From a virus (taxonomy: Duplodnaviria > Caudoviricetes): a stretch of DNA of 25,037 nucleotides. Shown here in pieces: positions 7,624 through 16,492 of this stretch (positions are counted from its first letter, which is position 1; each line of letters begins with the position of its first letter). The notes beneath the pieces are model-generated. The model had not been told where the DNA came from. It saw nothing but the letters and a program-made list of their open reading frames with translations, and did no database searches. Position numbers and translations under genes: made by a program. Location: IMG/VR virus record IMGVR_UViG_3300044670_001237, positions 1 through 25,037 of that record; one strand, given 5' to 3'.

Positions 7624-8227
7624 TCATCTGCCTCTTAATTTCTTCCTTGCCCTTAGCACCTGTCCAATGCATAATACTAATTTTCTTGGGGGCTTTGTTA
7701 TCCGTAAGATCTAGCCTCAGAGTATTAAATTTCTTTGGAAGATCTCTAATATATACCATCCTTTGTAATTCTGCTCTTAGGATGCCATGCAGTACGTCTT
7801 GATCCCCAAACATTTTGTGGGGCACCTCTTTTAGGTTCTTAATCTGCATTACCCATTCTCGTAATATACCGGGTCTGCCCTGGAATGCAACCACGCCTGA
7901 ATTATGCCAAGTCTCACCACGTCTCAATGACCAAGGAGAGTCCTCTACCATGGACAACTTATTTGATACGGTATAATCAAATATACTTTCTATATTTTCT
8001 CTTACTTCACAGTCGGTATCAAGCCAACATACCCTAGAGGATCGACGGGATGCATCCAGCATTGCAGATGGTTTTTTAAACCAATGACTTTCGGATAAAA
8101 ATTCTTTGTCAAAGTCATAGACATGTAGGATGGCATTGGGATTGTGTTTCTTAAAGTTGTGTTCAAACCAAGGCAACATCCACCTCGTGTTGGAATCACA
8201 TCCTGTTATGAATACTCTTTTATGCAT
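7616..8227 (-). CDS. GT-A fold glycosyltransferase (GT8/GT77-like)
   Basis: WFKKP, CWLDTD (DxD), HNSGVVAF, GDQDVL, IMHWTG; ATG at 8227 preferred over 8266. Confidence 0.8.
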   Translation of the reverse strand: MHKRVFITGCDSNTRWMLPWFEHNFKKHNPNAILHVYDFDKEFLSESHWFKKPSAMLDASRRSSRVCWLDTDCEVRENIESIFDYTVSNKLSMVEDSPWSLRRGETWHNSGVVAFQGRPGILREWVMQIKNLKEVPHKMFGDQDVLHGILRAELQRMVYIRDLPKKFNTLRLDLTDNKAPKKISIMHWTGAKGKEEIKRQMND

Positions 8228-8867
8228 TATAGATTTTCCAGAATCCTGAACCTGATTCAAAATCATGATGATCTAAAACCAGATTTCTTTTGGCGACAAA
8301 TTCATCAATTGCTTTCATGGTTCCTGGATGGGCTGGATGATAATCATCTCCACATAAAAGTGGAACATTCTCTAGATAATTTAACTCCGCAATTACATTT
8401 TCATATGAATGTAGACCATCGATGTAGACCATATCCCAATTGGTATCTTCCGCCAAAAGTTCTAGGCTTCTTTTTTGATGAACTTTTTCTAGAACCTGCC
8501 ATCTCCGAGGATGATGAGAAGTAGTATGGTCAAATACGGCACGGTGGCCATCATTCATGTAAATAGACATTGCATAGTTAACCGCTGAATTCTCTCGGTG
8601 CTTTTCCATAATACCCCGGAAATGTTTTAACTTGAGTTGCATATTATTCATACCAAAAGTATCTACGCTATGTAGTTTAACGCCTGGTTGTAAGTTATCC
8701 ATAAGCACCCAGGTGGAACATCCAAAGGCAGGGCCGATTTCTAATACACGTCCACTAGTGACCTCAGCTGCAGTATCCCCCAGAGCCTTTAGATGTTTAG
8801 GGTTATTGAACCCAGGCACATCAAGGAAATGATTAATTGGTTTTGGTATAAGAACACTTTCTTGCAT
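8220..8867 (-). CDS. Class I SAM-dependent methyltransferase (Methyltransf_24-like)
   Basis: VLEIGPAFGCST, SVDTF, DMVYIDGLHSYE, GDDY. Confidence 0.85.
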   Translation of the reverse strand: MQESVLIPKPINHFLDVPGFNNPKHLKALGDTAAEVTSGRVLEIGPAFGCSTWVLMDNLQPGVKLHSVDTFGMNNMQLKLKHFRGIMEKHRENSAVNYAMSIYMNDGHRAVFDHTTSHHPRRWQVLEKVHQKRSLELLAEDTNWDMVYIDGLHSYENVIAELNYLENVPLLCGDDYHPAHPGTMKAIDEFVAKRNLVLDHHDFESGSGFWKIYNA

Positions 8868-8868
8868 A

Positions 8869-9522
8869 TTATATAATCCCGTATTTGGTTTTTAGTTTAT
8901 GGTAGTTATGTTTAGCCTGTATGCCATTAGTATTTTGTATTGTAGTGAATGAATCATGAGCCTCAACAGGCCATGGATAATATTCTTCAAGAAAAGGAAA
9001 GGATTCTGTATTTAAAAACACATCTGTGGGTCTTGCATGATAGCGGGCCTGATCAACCAACAACTGAGCTATATTAGGTTTAACCCTATAGGCATGTGCT
9101 CCCGGAAAGTAGGGTTTAGATATTAGAGAATTTACTCCAAGTCTGGTAGGAGTATTAAATTTACCGTACGAAGGAGCTCCAAACGAAATACATCCCCTAT
9201 AGTCATTTAGGGCAGGAATAGAATCCATAACAACAGCGTCATGTTCAAATATAGTAACTTCTTCATTTAGTTCTACAGATTTTTTCCATAATAGATAATG
9301 AGACATAAAGGCAGACATACATTCTGGCATTCTGGACCAGCGTTCTTCGAAGCCCGACTTCTTAATCTTTTCTTTGACCATTAAATTGGTAAGATTAGAT
9401 TTGGGTGTAATGGCTTCAAATTTAGATACGGGCATTCCAAAACGTTCTGCAGATGCAATACATCTCTCGGCTACTTTAACCGATTTGGCATTATCCATAA
9501 TTGTAATTACATAACTTTTCAT
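8869..9522 (-). CDS. GT25-family glycosyltransferase
   Basis: KSYVIT, FEAITP, SAFMSHYLLWKK, IFEHDA, PGAHAYRV, PTDVF. Confidence 0.8.
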   Translation of the reverse strand: MKSYVITIMDNAKSVKVAERCIASAERFGMPVSKFEAITPKSNLTNLMVKEKIKKSGFEERWSRMPECMSAFMSHYLLWKKSVELNEEVTIFEHDAVVMDSIPALNDYRGCISFGAPSYGKFNTPTRLGVNSLISKPYFPGAHAYRVKPNIAQLLVDQARYHARPTDVFLNTESFPFLEEYYPWPVEAHDSFTTIQNTNGIQAKHNYHKLKTKYGII

Positions 9523-10208
9523 GTTGTGGTGCTCGCAAGATGTTGGATATGAGTATAGAACTTTCTGGTGACGTATAGGCCCCTAACCAATTGGCGACAC
9601 ATAAGAGCATCATTTGGCCACAGCCCATATTCTCTCACGAGATCCAACATATGGGACGCACCCTTTTTGTTAATTATATATGCCGAATTACCGGCTAGTC
9701 CTTGGGGTATTTTAAGATCATCAATATAAGGAGCTAGTTGAAATTTGTCCTGCTTAGCGATAATCAACTCATAATAATAAGAGGCCTTACGTGTACAGCC
9801 CAGGGGATTATTAATTCCAATTATATTTCCTTTGACCTTGGCAGGATCAAAATCTAATTTTGTGGTAAAGACAGCATCATGTTCCAAGACCAGTAGAGGC
9901 TCGTCCATCTCAGAGGCCTTTTGCCACAAACCATAATGACTAAGAGCACATGCAATTCTTGCCTTTGGATTGGCTGTTTTATAGGCCGTCTTTACGAGAC
10001 CCGTCTGCAGGTCTGTTACTTCTCCACTCCAGGGATAATTCCATTTTATTCCATACTCCAATAACAACCTATCTACATCTTTGGGCACCACGGCTTCAAA
10101 TCTATTTATTTCGAACGGGTTGTTTACCCTAAAGCTCGAGGTCAGGATTCCATTGAACCCAAATTCCGATATCTCAGAATCCCTTATGATGATTGCATAG
10201 GCCTTCAT
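9519..10208 (-). CDS. GT25-family glycosyltransferase
   Basis: KAYAII, RFEAV, ACALSHYGLWQK, VLEHDAVF, GNSAYII, PNDA. Confidence 0.82.
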   Translation of the reverse strand: MKAYAIIIRDSEISEFGFNGILTSSFRVNNPFEINRFEAVVPKDVDRLLLEYGIKWNYPWSGEVTDLQTGLVKTAYKTANPKARIACALSHYGLWQKASEMDEPLLVLEHDAVFTTKLDFDPAKVKGNIIGINNPLGCTRKASYYYELIIAKQDKFQLAPYIDDLKIPQGLAGNSAYIINKKGASHMLDLVREYGLWPNDALMCRQLVRGLYVTRKFYTHIQHLASTTT

Positions 10209-10891
10209 TTTATTTTATGGGATGTGTTAAGATTTACTTTTTGATAACGAACCGGGCTCGGGTTAAGATACTGCATAGAAAGATTATATGTATTGTAGAT
10301 AAAGTCAGACTGTTCCAAACCATTACGCTCCGCTGCTGCTAATATCTTTTTGGCTCCGGTCGGTGACAATGCATAGCAGGCAGTGCCAGGACTCATGATA
10401 TGATTATTATACAATGTATCTCTATAATAACGCAACGGGTAATCGTGAGGAAAATCAGATATACCATGTTGCAGAGGTGTCTTATAACTTGTATAGGGTT
10501 CTTTTGCTAAGGCCGTTGGGGGCTCAAATGCATATTCAAATGACATAAACAAATAATCCACAAATGACCATTCTTCGGCACCAGCTATACATAGAGAATC
10601 ATGTTCCGCAAATATCATGGGTTTATTCGCCTCAACCACCCGCTCGGCGAAGTTTAGATTATTAAATAGACAGCTTTTCTTTATAAGATATTTTTGAGGT
10701 TCATTAAACCTAATTGCCTCGAGGCGACCATTCTTTAGGTCTTTGTAGGGAAAATCATTTTCAACCAATGTAGTAGGTGTAATACCCTCATATAATTCGG
10801 CATCCCATCCATAACGTTTAAATGAATTTAGGGAGACTGCCGCCTGCTTCCTCGAAGCTTCGGTATCTATATAATGGATCTGAACCTTCAT
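10205..10891 (-). CDS. Divergent GT25-like glycosyltransferase
   Basis: LYEGITP, SCLFNN (replacing the usual SH), FAEHDS, PGTACYALSPTGAKKIL, QSDF. Confidence 0.7.
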   Translation of the reverse strand: MKVQIHYIDTEASRKQAAVSLNSFKRYGWDAELYEGITPTTLVENDFPYKDLKNGRLEAIRFNEPQKYLIKKSCLFNNLNFAERVVEANKPMIFAEHDSLCIAGAEEWSFVDYLFMSFEYAFEPPTALAKEPYTSYKTPLQHGISDFPHDYPLRYYRDTLYNNHIMSPGTACYALSPTGAKKILAAAERNGLEQSDFIYNTYNLSMQYLNPSPVRYQKVNLNTSHKIK

Positions 10892-11457
10892 TTTTTTAAC
10901 TGATATAGAATTGAATAGCGACCATCACCACCAATAGTTCTATGGGTACTTTTTATTTTAAGATCCAGATCAATACACAGCCCTGCAAATTCATCTTCTG
11001 TAATTTCTAGTGGATCAGTTGATTTAGATTTCTGATCATCTCCAGTCATTAACTCAATGAATATTAGGCCTTCATCATTAATTTGTTTTTTCCAGGCCCT
11101 AAGACTTTTTACAGGATCATATGAATGATCAAAAGAATTTGAATATACAATATCAAACTTATCAAACCACTCTTCCCTATCCTCATGAAAATCATGCCGT
11201 ACTGTCATTGGAAATTGTGTTGCTGTATATGCAATCTCAGTGCCAATTATATTGGCTTCAGGATACTCTTCTTTAAAATAATTTTGTTCGGCACCGTTAC
11301 GAGTACCATGGCATAAGATATTTGCAGCATAATTTACTAATGATTTAATTAGTATAATGGTCTGTTTAGAAACCCACACCTTATGCAGTTTAGATACATT
11401 GGCACGGGTCTGCTCGTTCACATAATCATTATGATCTTTATATTCATAAAGTTTCAT
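10888..11457 (-). CDS. Putative SAM-dependent methyltransferase
   Basis: ILCHGTRNGAE (motif I variant), IIGTEI, HDFH, FDIVYSNSFDHSYDP, GLIFIE. Confidence 0.7.
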   Translation of the reverse strand: MKLYEYKDHNDYVNEQTRANVSKLHKVWVSKQTIILIKSLVNYAANILCHGTRNGAEQNYFKEEYPEANIIGTEIAYTATQFPMTVRHDFHEDREEWFDKFDIVYSNSFDHSYDPVKSLRAWKKQINDEGLIFIELMTGDDQKSKSTDPLEITEDEFAGLCIDLDLKIKSTHRTIGGDGRYSILYQLKK

Positions 11458-11458
11458 G

Positions 11459-12064
11459 TTATTTCCATTCGGGCTGAATTCGTTTTACTCTTTCTAATAC
11501 AGTATATCCTACACGATGAATATAGTGGGTATGGATCTTCCATAACTGTTCTAGCTCTGTAATGTAGGTGGCTATGGTCTTAAACAAACCAGTAGACCCC
11601 TTAAAGTTGGCCGTATCATGCAATACAATATATTTCCTTACCTTGGGAGCATGCATGCTTAATTCTCTACCAAGATGGGCAGGAGTATGAAGACTATCAA
11701 TATGTAGCATATCAACATAAGATACACTTTTGGGGTCATGACTACTCATTTCATGGAATTCATAATCCAAATTGTGTTGTTGGGCATAGGCGTCAAACAA
11801 ATGCTTATAGGGATTAAAGTATCTTGCGGCTATATCATAACCAATTAATTTTTTTGGTTTAGTCATCATAAGACCCGCAAATGTAGCTCCTTGACAAACA
11901 CCTAATTCCTTGATAACATTTACATCGGGATCGTTAGCACATTCTATAAGAGACTTGTGGTGCTCAATATATTCCTTACCATGGGACCCCTGTTGGGCTG
12001 CCTTAATTTGTTCATAAAAATCTTCTAGGGTTGATACTGATGAGGTTAGGTCAGGTTTAATCAT
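11459..12064 (-). CDS. Class I SAM-dependent methyltransferase (Methyltransf_24-like)
   Basis: KELGVCQGAT, IGYDI, DMLHIDSLH, YIVLHDT. Confidence 0.8.
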   Translation of the reverse strand: MIKPDLTSSVSTLEDFYEQIKAAQQGSHGKEYIEHHKSLIECANDPDVNVIKELGVCQGATFAGLMMTKPKKLIGYDIAARYFNPYKHLFDAYAQQHNLDYEFHEMSSHDPKSVSYVDMLHIDSLHTPAHLGRELSMHAPKVRKYIVLHDTANFKGSTGLFKTIATYITELEQLWKIHTHYIHRVGYTVLERVKRIQPEWK

Positions 12065-12848
12065 TTATAATCTTTCTAAGTTGATCAATGTTTTCTCCAG
12101 TGGCCGGTAATTTATCTTTTAGATAAAAATGTATAAACTTTGCTTCTGGTAATCTTACATCTGGTATGGCCGTATATAAAGCATTCCAGGTCCAATCAAG
12201 TTGATGGGTCTTCATACCGGATTCCTTTACCCAAACATTAAGTAGGGTTTGATCTGTAGACCATTGCCAGGGACCCACACCATCAATAAAGGCCTTAAAG
12301 TTGGGTCTTCTTAAAAACTGTTGAGGTGTTTCACCATTCAGATATTTATCTATCGATTTATTGATGACCATAATACCCATATTATAGAAGGCGGCTATGC
12401 CATCTTTCCATTTCCAATCAACAGTTTTGATAGACTGATATTGCATTCTTGAATAATTCAGGATCTTATTTTTATGTGCAGGTGTTATGGGTAGATCTCT
12501 TTCGAGCACAGCCGCAAAATCATTATCACCAATCTCATCAAATATAGAATCATTAAGTGATTGTCTAATGTAGACATCGCTATCTATAATTGCAATGGAA
12601 TCATATGACTTTAAATAAGTAAATGCATTTTCCTTTTCAAAGATAGGAAGGTATCCCAGCTTCTCCCATCCACCCGTCTTGCCCCGACGATTAGTCATAA
12701 AGGGATCGGGTCTGATCATAAGTAGGGGATGCCGCTGAACCTGATAGTCGGCCCCTATACGTTTGGCATAGGCCCTGACGGACTCTGTGCAAAAGTCATA
12801 AAGCTTGTTGCGCTTACCGACATAGACTTGATATATTAAGGTTTTCAT
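12057..12848 (-). CDS. GT-A glycosyltransferase (GT8/GT34-like)
   Basis: IAIIDSDVYI (DxD), YNMGIMV, TDQTLLN, WNAL, FIHF; paralog of the upstream gene. Confidence 0.8.
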   Translation of the reverse strand: MKTLIYQVYVGKRNKLYDFCTESVRAYAKRIGADYQVQRHPLLMIRPDPFMTNRRGKTGGWEKLGYLPIFEKENAFTYLKSYDSIAIIDSDVYIRQSLNDSIFDEIGDNDFAAVLERDLPITPAHKNKILNYSRMQYQSIKTVDWKWKDGIAAFYNMGIMVINKSIDKYLNGETPQQFLRRPNFKAFIDGVGPWQWSTDQTLLNVWVKESGMKTHQLDWTWNALYTAIPDVRLPEAKFIHFYLKDKLPATGENIDQLRKIIND

Positions 12849-13639
12849 TTCACTAACTCTAAAAGATCTTGAGGTGTTCTTGTATACTGGCCCAATCTAC
12901 CCGACTGAAAGAAATGTACAAAGTGGGCTTCCTTTATTATGTCCTTATCAACTCCGCCAAAGAATGGATTGTACAAAGCATTCCATTTCCAATCAAGATG
13001 CTTTACCTTGAGGTTTTCTTTCTTGGCCCAATAGTTTAGCATAATTTGATCTGTCTGCCATTTCCAATAGCCCTTACCATCAATAAAGTCCTGGAAGTCT
13101 AACCGTTCCATAAACTCCTTGGCCCTTTGACCCCCAAGTGTTTCTCGGATGGAAGAGTTGTAGACAATGACACCTGAATTAAAGAAGTTACCACCATCTT
13201 CATTCCAATCCCAATCATACTGCTTTAGAGGTTCCAGCTGTTGTTCTGAGTATAATTTTATGCGTTTACGATAGGAAGCCTCTGCTGGTAGTTCTCTTTC
13301 AAACTGAGCTGCCATATCATGATCCTCGACCTCTTCAAAGATATCTGAAGTGCCGGGTCTGACCCATATATCATTATCTATTACACAGACTCTATCATAG
13401 TCATAGACATAATCAAATACATTTTCCTTTTCATAGATAGGAAGAAAACCTCCATGTTGTTTCCAGGAGTTCTCGGATCTATTGGATGTAAAGGGGTTTG
13501 GTTTAATGCGTAAGAGTGGTTTGTCTTGACAAGCATAGTATGCACCAATAGAGTCAGCATACTCCTTTACAGAATTGACACAGAGATCATGTACTGGAGA
13601 GCGTCTACCTACATAGACCTGATATATTAGTTTTTTCAT
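12845..13639 (-). CDS. GT-A glycosyltransferase (GT8/GT34-like)
   Basis: VIDNDIW (DxD), FNSGVIV, TDQIMLN, WNAL, FVHF; shares LIYQVYVG and LPIxEKEN with 12057..12848. Confidence 0.8.
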   Translation of the reverse strand: MKKLIYQVYVGRRSPVHDLCVNSVKEYADSIGAYYACQDKPLLRIKPNPFTSNRSENSWKQHGGFLPIYEKENVFDYVYDYDRVCVIDNDIWVRPGTSDIFEEVEDHDMAAQFERELPAEASYRKRIKLYSEQQLEPLKQYDWDWNEDGGNFFNSGVIVYNSSIRETLGGQRAKEFMERLDFQDFIDGKGYWKWQTDQIMLNYWAKKENLKVKHLDWKWNALYNPFFGGVDKDIIKEAHFVHFFQSGRLGQYTRTPQDLLELVK

Positions 13640-13865
13640 AATAATTAACTATATCATTTGCTAATGATAATGCCTGTTTAAAATTTTTCCTAAAGCGGTT
13701 GGATTTAGATCCACTACTAACAAACCATTTAAGGGTGTCAATAGTACTATCATCACTGACTAATTTATAGGTTGATCTGCTGTTTAGGGCAATCTCTTCC
13801 CATTGTGATCTGAGGTTCAATATTGTAAAAAAGTCATCCGCGCAATTGTGTCGGTTCTGGTTCAT
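13605..13865 (-). CDS. Hypothetical protein
   Basis: ORF track 13605..13883; start uncertain (ATG at 13865 assumed). Confidence 0.55.
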   Translation of the reverse strand: MNQNRHNCADDFFTILNLRSQWEEIALNSRSTYKLVSDDSTIDTLKWFVSSGSKSNRFRKNFKQALSLANDIVNYYEKTNISGLCR

Positions 13866-14016
13866 AGTCATACTCATCGTCATACATTACCTCATTGAGA
13901 AGTTGTTTTTGATCTTTCTCGACAACCTCCTTAATTCTAATATCTTTTTCAATTGATTGTGACTTATGTTTGCCGCGCTTCTTATTACGGCTATCGAATC
14001 TAGAATATTTTGCCAT
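13834..14016 (-). CDS. Small hypothetical protein (basic N-terminus, acidic C-terminus)
   Basis: 60 aa immediately downstream of phoH, with a purine-rich SD. Confidence 0.6.
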   Translation of the reverse strand: MAKYSRFDSRNKKRGKHKSQSIEKDIRIKEVVEKDQKQLLNEVMYDDEYDYEPEPTQLRG

Positions 14017-14025
14017 TTGCCTTTC

Positions 14026-14721
14026 CTAATAACCTAACATTTCCTTTGTCATAATATAATCACGGACGAAATCGGATCTTACGATATCCTCCCATCCAAA
14101 ATTAATAACACTAAAGTTTTTTAACTGTTCTACGATCTGCATAAACTTCATTATACCACTCTTATCATCATCGTACTTAAAATCACTCTGTTTATAGTCA
14201 CCACTAAAAATAATTTTTGAATGTCGACCTACCCTGGTTATAACTGAATCAAGTTCATGAAAATTAAGGTTCTGCATCTCATCTACAATTATAATAGAAT
14301 TGTCAAAGGTGGTCCCGCGAATAAATGATGTAGATTCAAATAATAATTGCTTTCCCGTCAACAGTTTGTTGTATGAACTCCTATCGCCAAACAACTCACC
14401 ACATATAGATTTATAGGGAGAAGTAAATGCATCTTCTTTTTCTTCCTTGGTGCCCGGCAAAAACCCCATGTCTCTTGTTGGGACCATAGATCGTATCAAG
14501 ACAATCTGATTCCATTCCGTTTCTTTATCAAGTATATCCTCAAGTGCAAGATAGAGGGCCATGAATGTTTTACCCGTGCCGGCAGATCCAGCCAATACTA
14601 AATTGTCTCCTTCATCCCATGCTTTATAGGCCTGTTCTTGATTTTGGGTTAGGGGATCAAACTGAAGAAGATCATCCAGTCTGACCGTCATAGAATTATT
14701 AAGTGTCTTGATGCGTTTCAT
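14026..14721 (-). CDS. phoH: PhoH-family ATPase
   Basis: Q-motif PLTQNQ, Walker A GSAGTGKT, MGFLPG, FIRGTTF, DEMQN, TRVG, GDYKQSD, DIVRS. Confidence 0.95.
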   Translation of the reverse strand: MKRIKTLNNSMTVRLDDLLQFDPLTQNQEQAYKAWDEGDNLVLAGSAGTGKTFMALYLALEDILDKETEWNQIVLIRSMVPTRDMGFLPGTKEEKEDAFTSPYKSICGELFGDRSSYNKLLTGKQLLFESTSFIRGTTFDNSIIIVDEMQNLNFHELDSVITRVGRHSKIIFSGDYKQSDFKYDDDKSGIMKFMQIVEQLKNFSVINFGWEDIVRSDFVRDYIMTKEMLGY

Positions 14722-14948
14722 TAGTTATTGATACGGTTACCTGGATTATTCTTTTTAATTTTACCCAATAGATTATTCCAATCGGTTCCTGCTCTTCGAA
14801 GTGTAGATGTGGTATCTGATACAAATTTTGCTGTGGATAATTTTTGTTTATATTTACCCTTAGCCAGAAGTTTATCACGCTCTGCTAGTGACAACACCAT
14901 GTCTTCTTCTTGGTCGGTTTCAATATTAATAAATGTATATGATGGCAT
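14721..14948 (-). CDS. Small conserved phage protein (FmdB-like N-terminus MPSYTF, lacking Cys), coupled to phoH
   Basis: 75 aa; TAATG overlap with phoH. Confidence 0.7.
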   Translation of the reverse strand: MPSYTFINIETDQEEDMVLSLAERDKLLAKGKYKQKLSTAKFVSDTTSTLRRAGTDWNNLLGKIKKNNPGNRINN

Positions 14949-14985
14949 GTTAACAGGGGTTGACTTGCGCCAACCCCTCCTCCTA
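14949..14985 (-). promoter_or_regulatory. SD - GNRA hairpin - ATG structured ribosome-binding site
   Basis: - strand AGGAGG | AGGGGTTGGC-GCAA-GTCAACCCCT | GTTAAC ATG: a 10 bp stem with no U-tract after it. Confidence 0.65.
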
Positions 14986-14986
14986 G

Positions 14987-15136
14987 TTAAGTAGTTTCTA
15001 ATTTTGATTTTAGAAAATCATATTTACGTTTCAACTTAGATAATAAATCTAAATTCCCTCTTTGTTTTACTCTGTCCATATAATGAACCAATTCATTGAG
15101 ATCCTTAGATAATCTATCGAGTTGTATTCTACTCAT
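14987..15136 (-). CDS. 49 aa hypothetical helical protein
   Basis: Manual translation MSRIQLDRLSKDLNELVHYMDRVKQRGNLDLLSKLKRKYDFLKSKLETT; AAGGA SD. Confidence 0.6.
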   Translation of the reverse strand: MSRIQLDRLSKDLNELVHYMDRVKQRGNLDLLSKLKRKYDFLKSKLETT

Positions 15137-15152
15137 AAGTTATTCCTTATTG

Positions 15153-15587
15153 TTAACGCAAAATAAAATTAGGGTAAGCTTCCTTTACTAGATTTTTGGT
15201 AACACCTTTTACGGGTAACTTCTTATTGATCATACCAGCAAGAAGTTCTGCATCTCGAGGGTGCACCGACTCGAGAATGTCAAGAAACATTTTTTCTCGT
15301 TTAATTGGATTCATACTATCTCCCTTACCACCCTTTACAAAATAGGCCAGCTTAGAATTATGTTGGGTCCAATTAGAGGGGTGAGAAGCTATATCAGCAG
15401 GTGTATAGGGTACCGGGCCCTTGGGTAGGAGCCATTGTACTGAATCGTCAAAGGAACCACGAAGTAGATCCCGCAGTGGCCAATTATTTTGTTGTTCTTG
15501 AAGAAGTTTAATTTTTTCGGCCCTGGACTTTGTTTTAGAAATCTTGTCCAAAATCTCGAAAGTATAGAATGTGGTTTTGTTTACCAT
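15153..15587 (-). CDS. Conserved hypothetical protein of T4-like phages (DUF6433-like)
   Basis: FDDSVQWLLPKGPVPY, KREKMFLDILESVHPRDAELL, GVTKNLVKEAYP; located next to rnh. Confidence 0.75.
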   Translation of the reverse strand: MVNKTTFYTFEILDKISKTKSRAEKIKLLQEQQNNWPLRDLLRGSFDDSVQWLLPKGPVPYTPADIASHPSNWTQHNSKLAYFVKGGKGDSMNPIKREKMFLDILESVHPRDAELLAGMINKKLPVKGVTKNLVKEAYPNFILR

Positions 15588-15588
15588 G

Positions 15589-16431
15589 TCAAATAAAATC
15601 CTGTAGATCGTCTAGTAATAAGCGACACTGCTTTTCAATTAAGAAAGGGAACACCTTACCTTTATTGGCCCGCTTGTCTTGGTTCTCATAGTTATATATA
15701 ATCTCTTCTTTTATGTCTTTTGGGGTTTCTGCGAGATCAATTAATTTTTTATTACGTAGATAATTACGATAGACCTCCTCTCCCTGAGACTTAGGATCAC
15801 TAATTAATTTATCTAATATATTCTTACGGAGAGGTGTCTGGCGCGTACCATCTACAAACACATCATCACCAGATAATACATTAGGCACACCATCTGCCGT
15901 ATCTCCTTTGAGTATAAGCTCTATCAGTTGCTTACGAGGAGTAGGTTCTTTAATATACTTTCTTGTTATTGGGGAATACTGAGATACATTACTATACTTC
16001 TGTAACTGAGCAAAGTCTTTATCTCCGGAGATAATCATTACGTCCTGCCCGCGGCCAAACTCTTGAGTGTCTTCACATAGAACCCCGATAATATCATCTG
16101 CCTCACAACGATCACATTCTACAACCTTGTAGGGGAAATTTTCTTTTATCTCTTCTAATACCATATTAGTAATACGAAAAAGATCTTTCCAATCAATCTT
16201 AGATACTTTACGATCGGCCTTACGCTTAAATTTATATTGTGGGTAGACATCCTTTCGCCAATTCTTAAAACCATCAGCGCAGATGACTACCTCACCATAC
16301 TTAGCTCTATGCTTAGAACGATGCATACGAATACTATTAAGAATCATATGCCGCACTAAATTTTCATCAATATCCATTTTCTGGGTAACTACATTAGATA
16401 CCGCAATTCCATTATAATCTATTAATATCAA
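15589..16431 (-). CDS. rnh: T4-type RNase H (5'-3' exonuclease, FEN superfamily)
   Basis: MILID, RHMILNSIR, WRKDVYPQYK..RK, EADDIIG, IISGDKDFAQL, GDTADGVPN; TTG start with GGAG SD. Confidence 0.93.
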   Translation of the reverse strand: MILIDYNGIAVSNVVTQKMDIDENLVRHMILNSIRMHRSKHRAKYGEVVICADGFKNWRKDVYPQYKFKRKADRKVSKIDWKDLFRITNMVLEEIKENFPYKVVECDRCEADDIIGVLCEDTQEFGRGQDVMIISGDKDFAQLQKYSNVSQYSPITRKYIKEPTPRKQLIELILKGDTADGVPNVLSGDDVFVDGTRQTPLRKNILDKLISDPKSQGEEVYRNYLRNKKLIDLAETPKDIKEEIIYNYENQDKRANKGKVFPFLIEKQCRLLLDDLQDFI

Positions 16432-16463
16432 AGTATATCTCCGGTCGCATCAAACGTTAATTA

Positions 16464-16492
16464 ATTATACCGGGGTTTGATCAGAAAGTCAC
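16464..16492 (-). promoter_or_regulatory. Sigma70-like promoter for the rnh-phoH transcription unit
   Basis: - strand GTGACT-N17-TATAAT. Confidence 0.65.
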
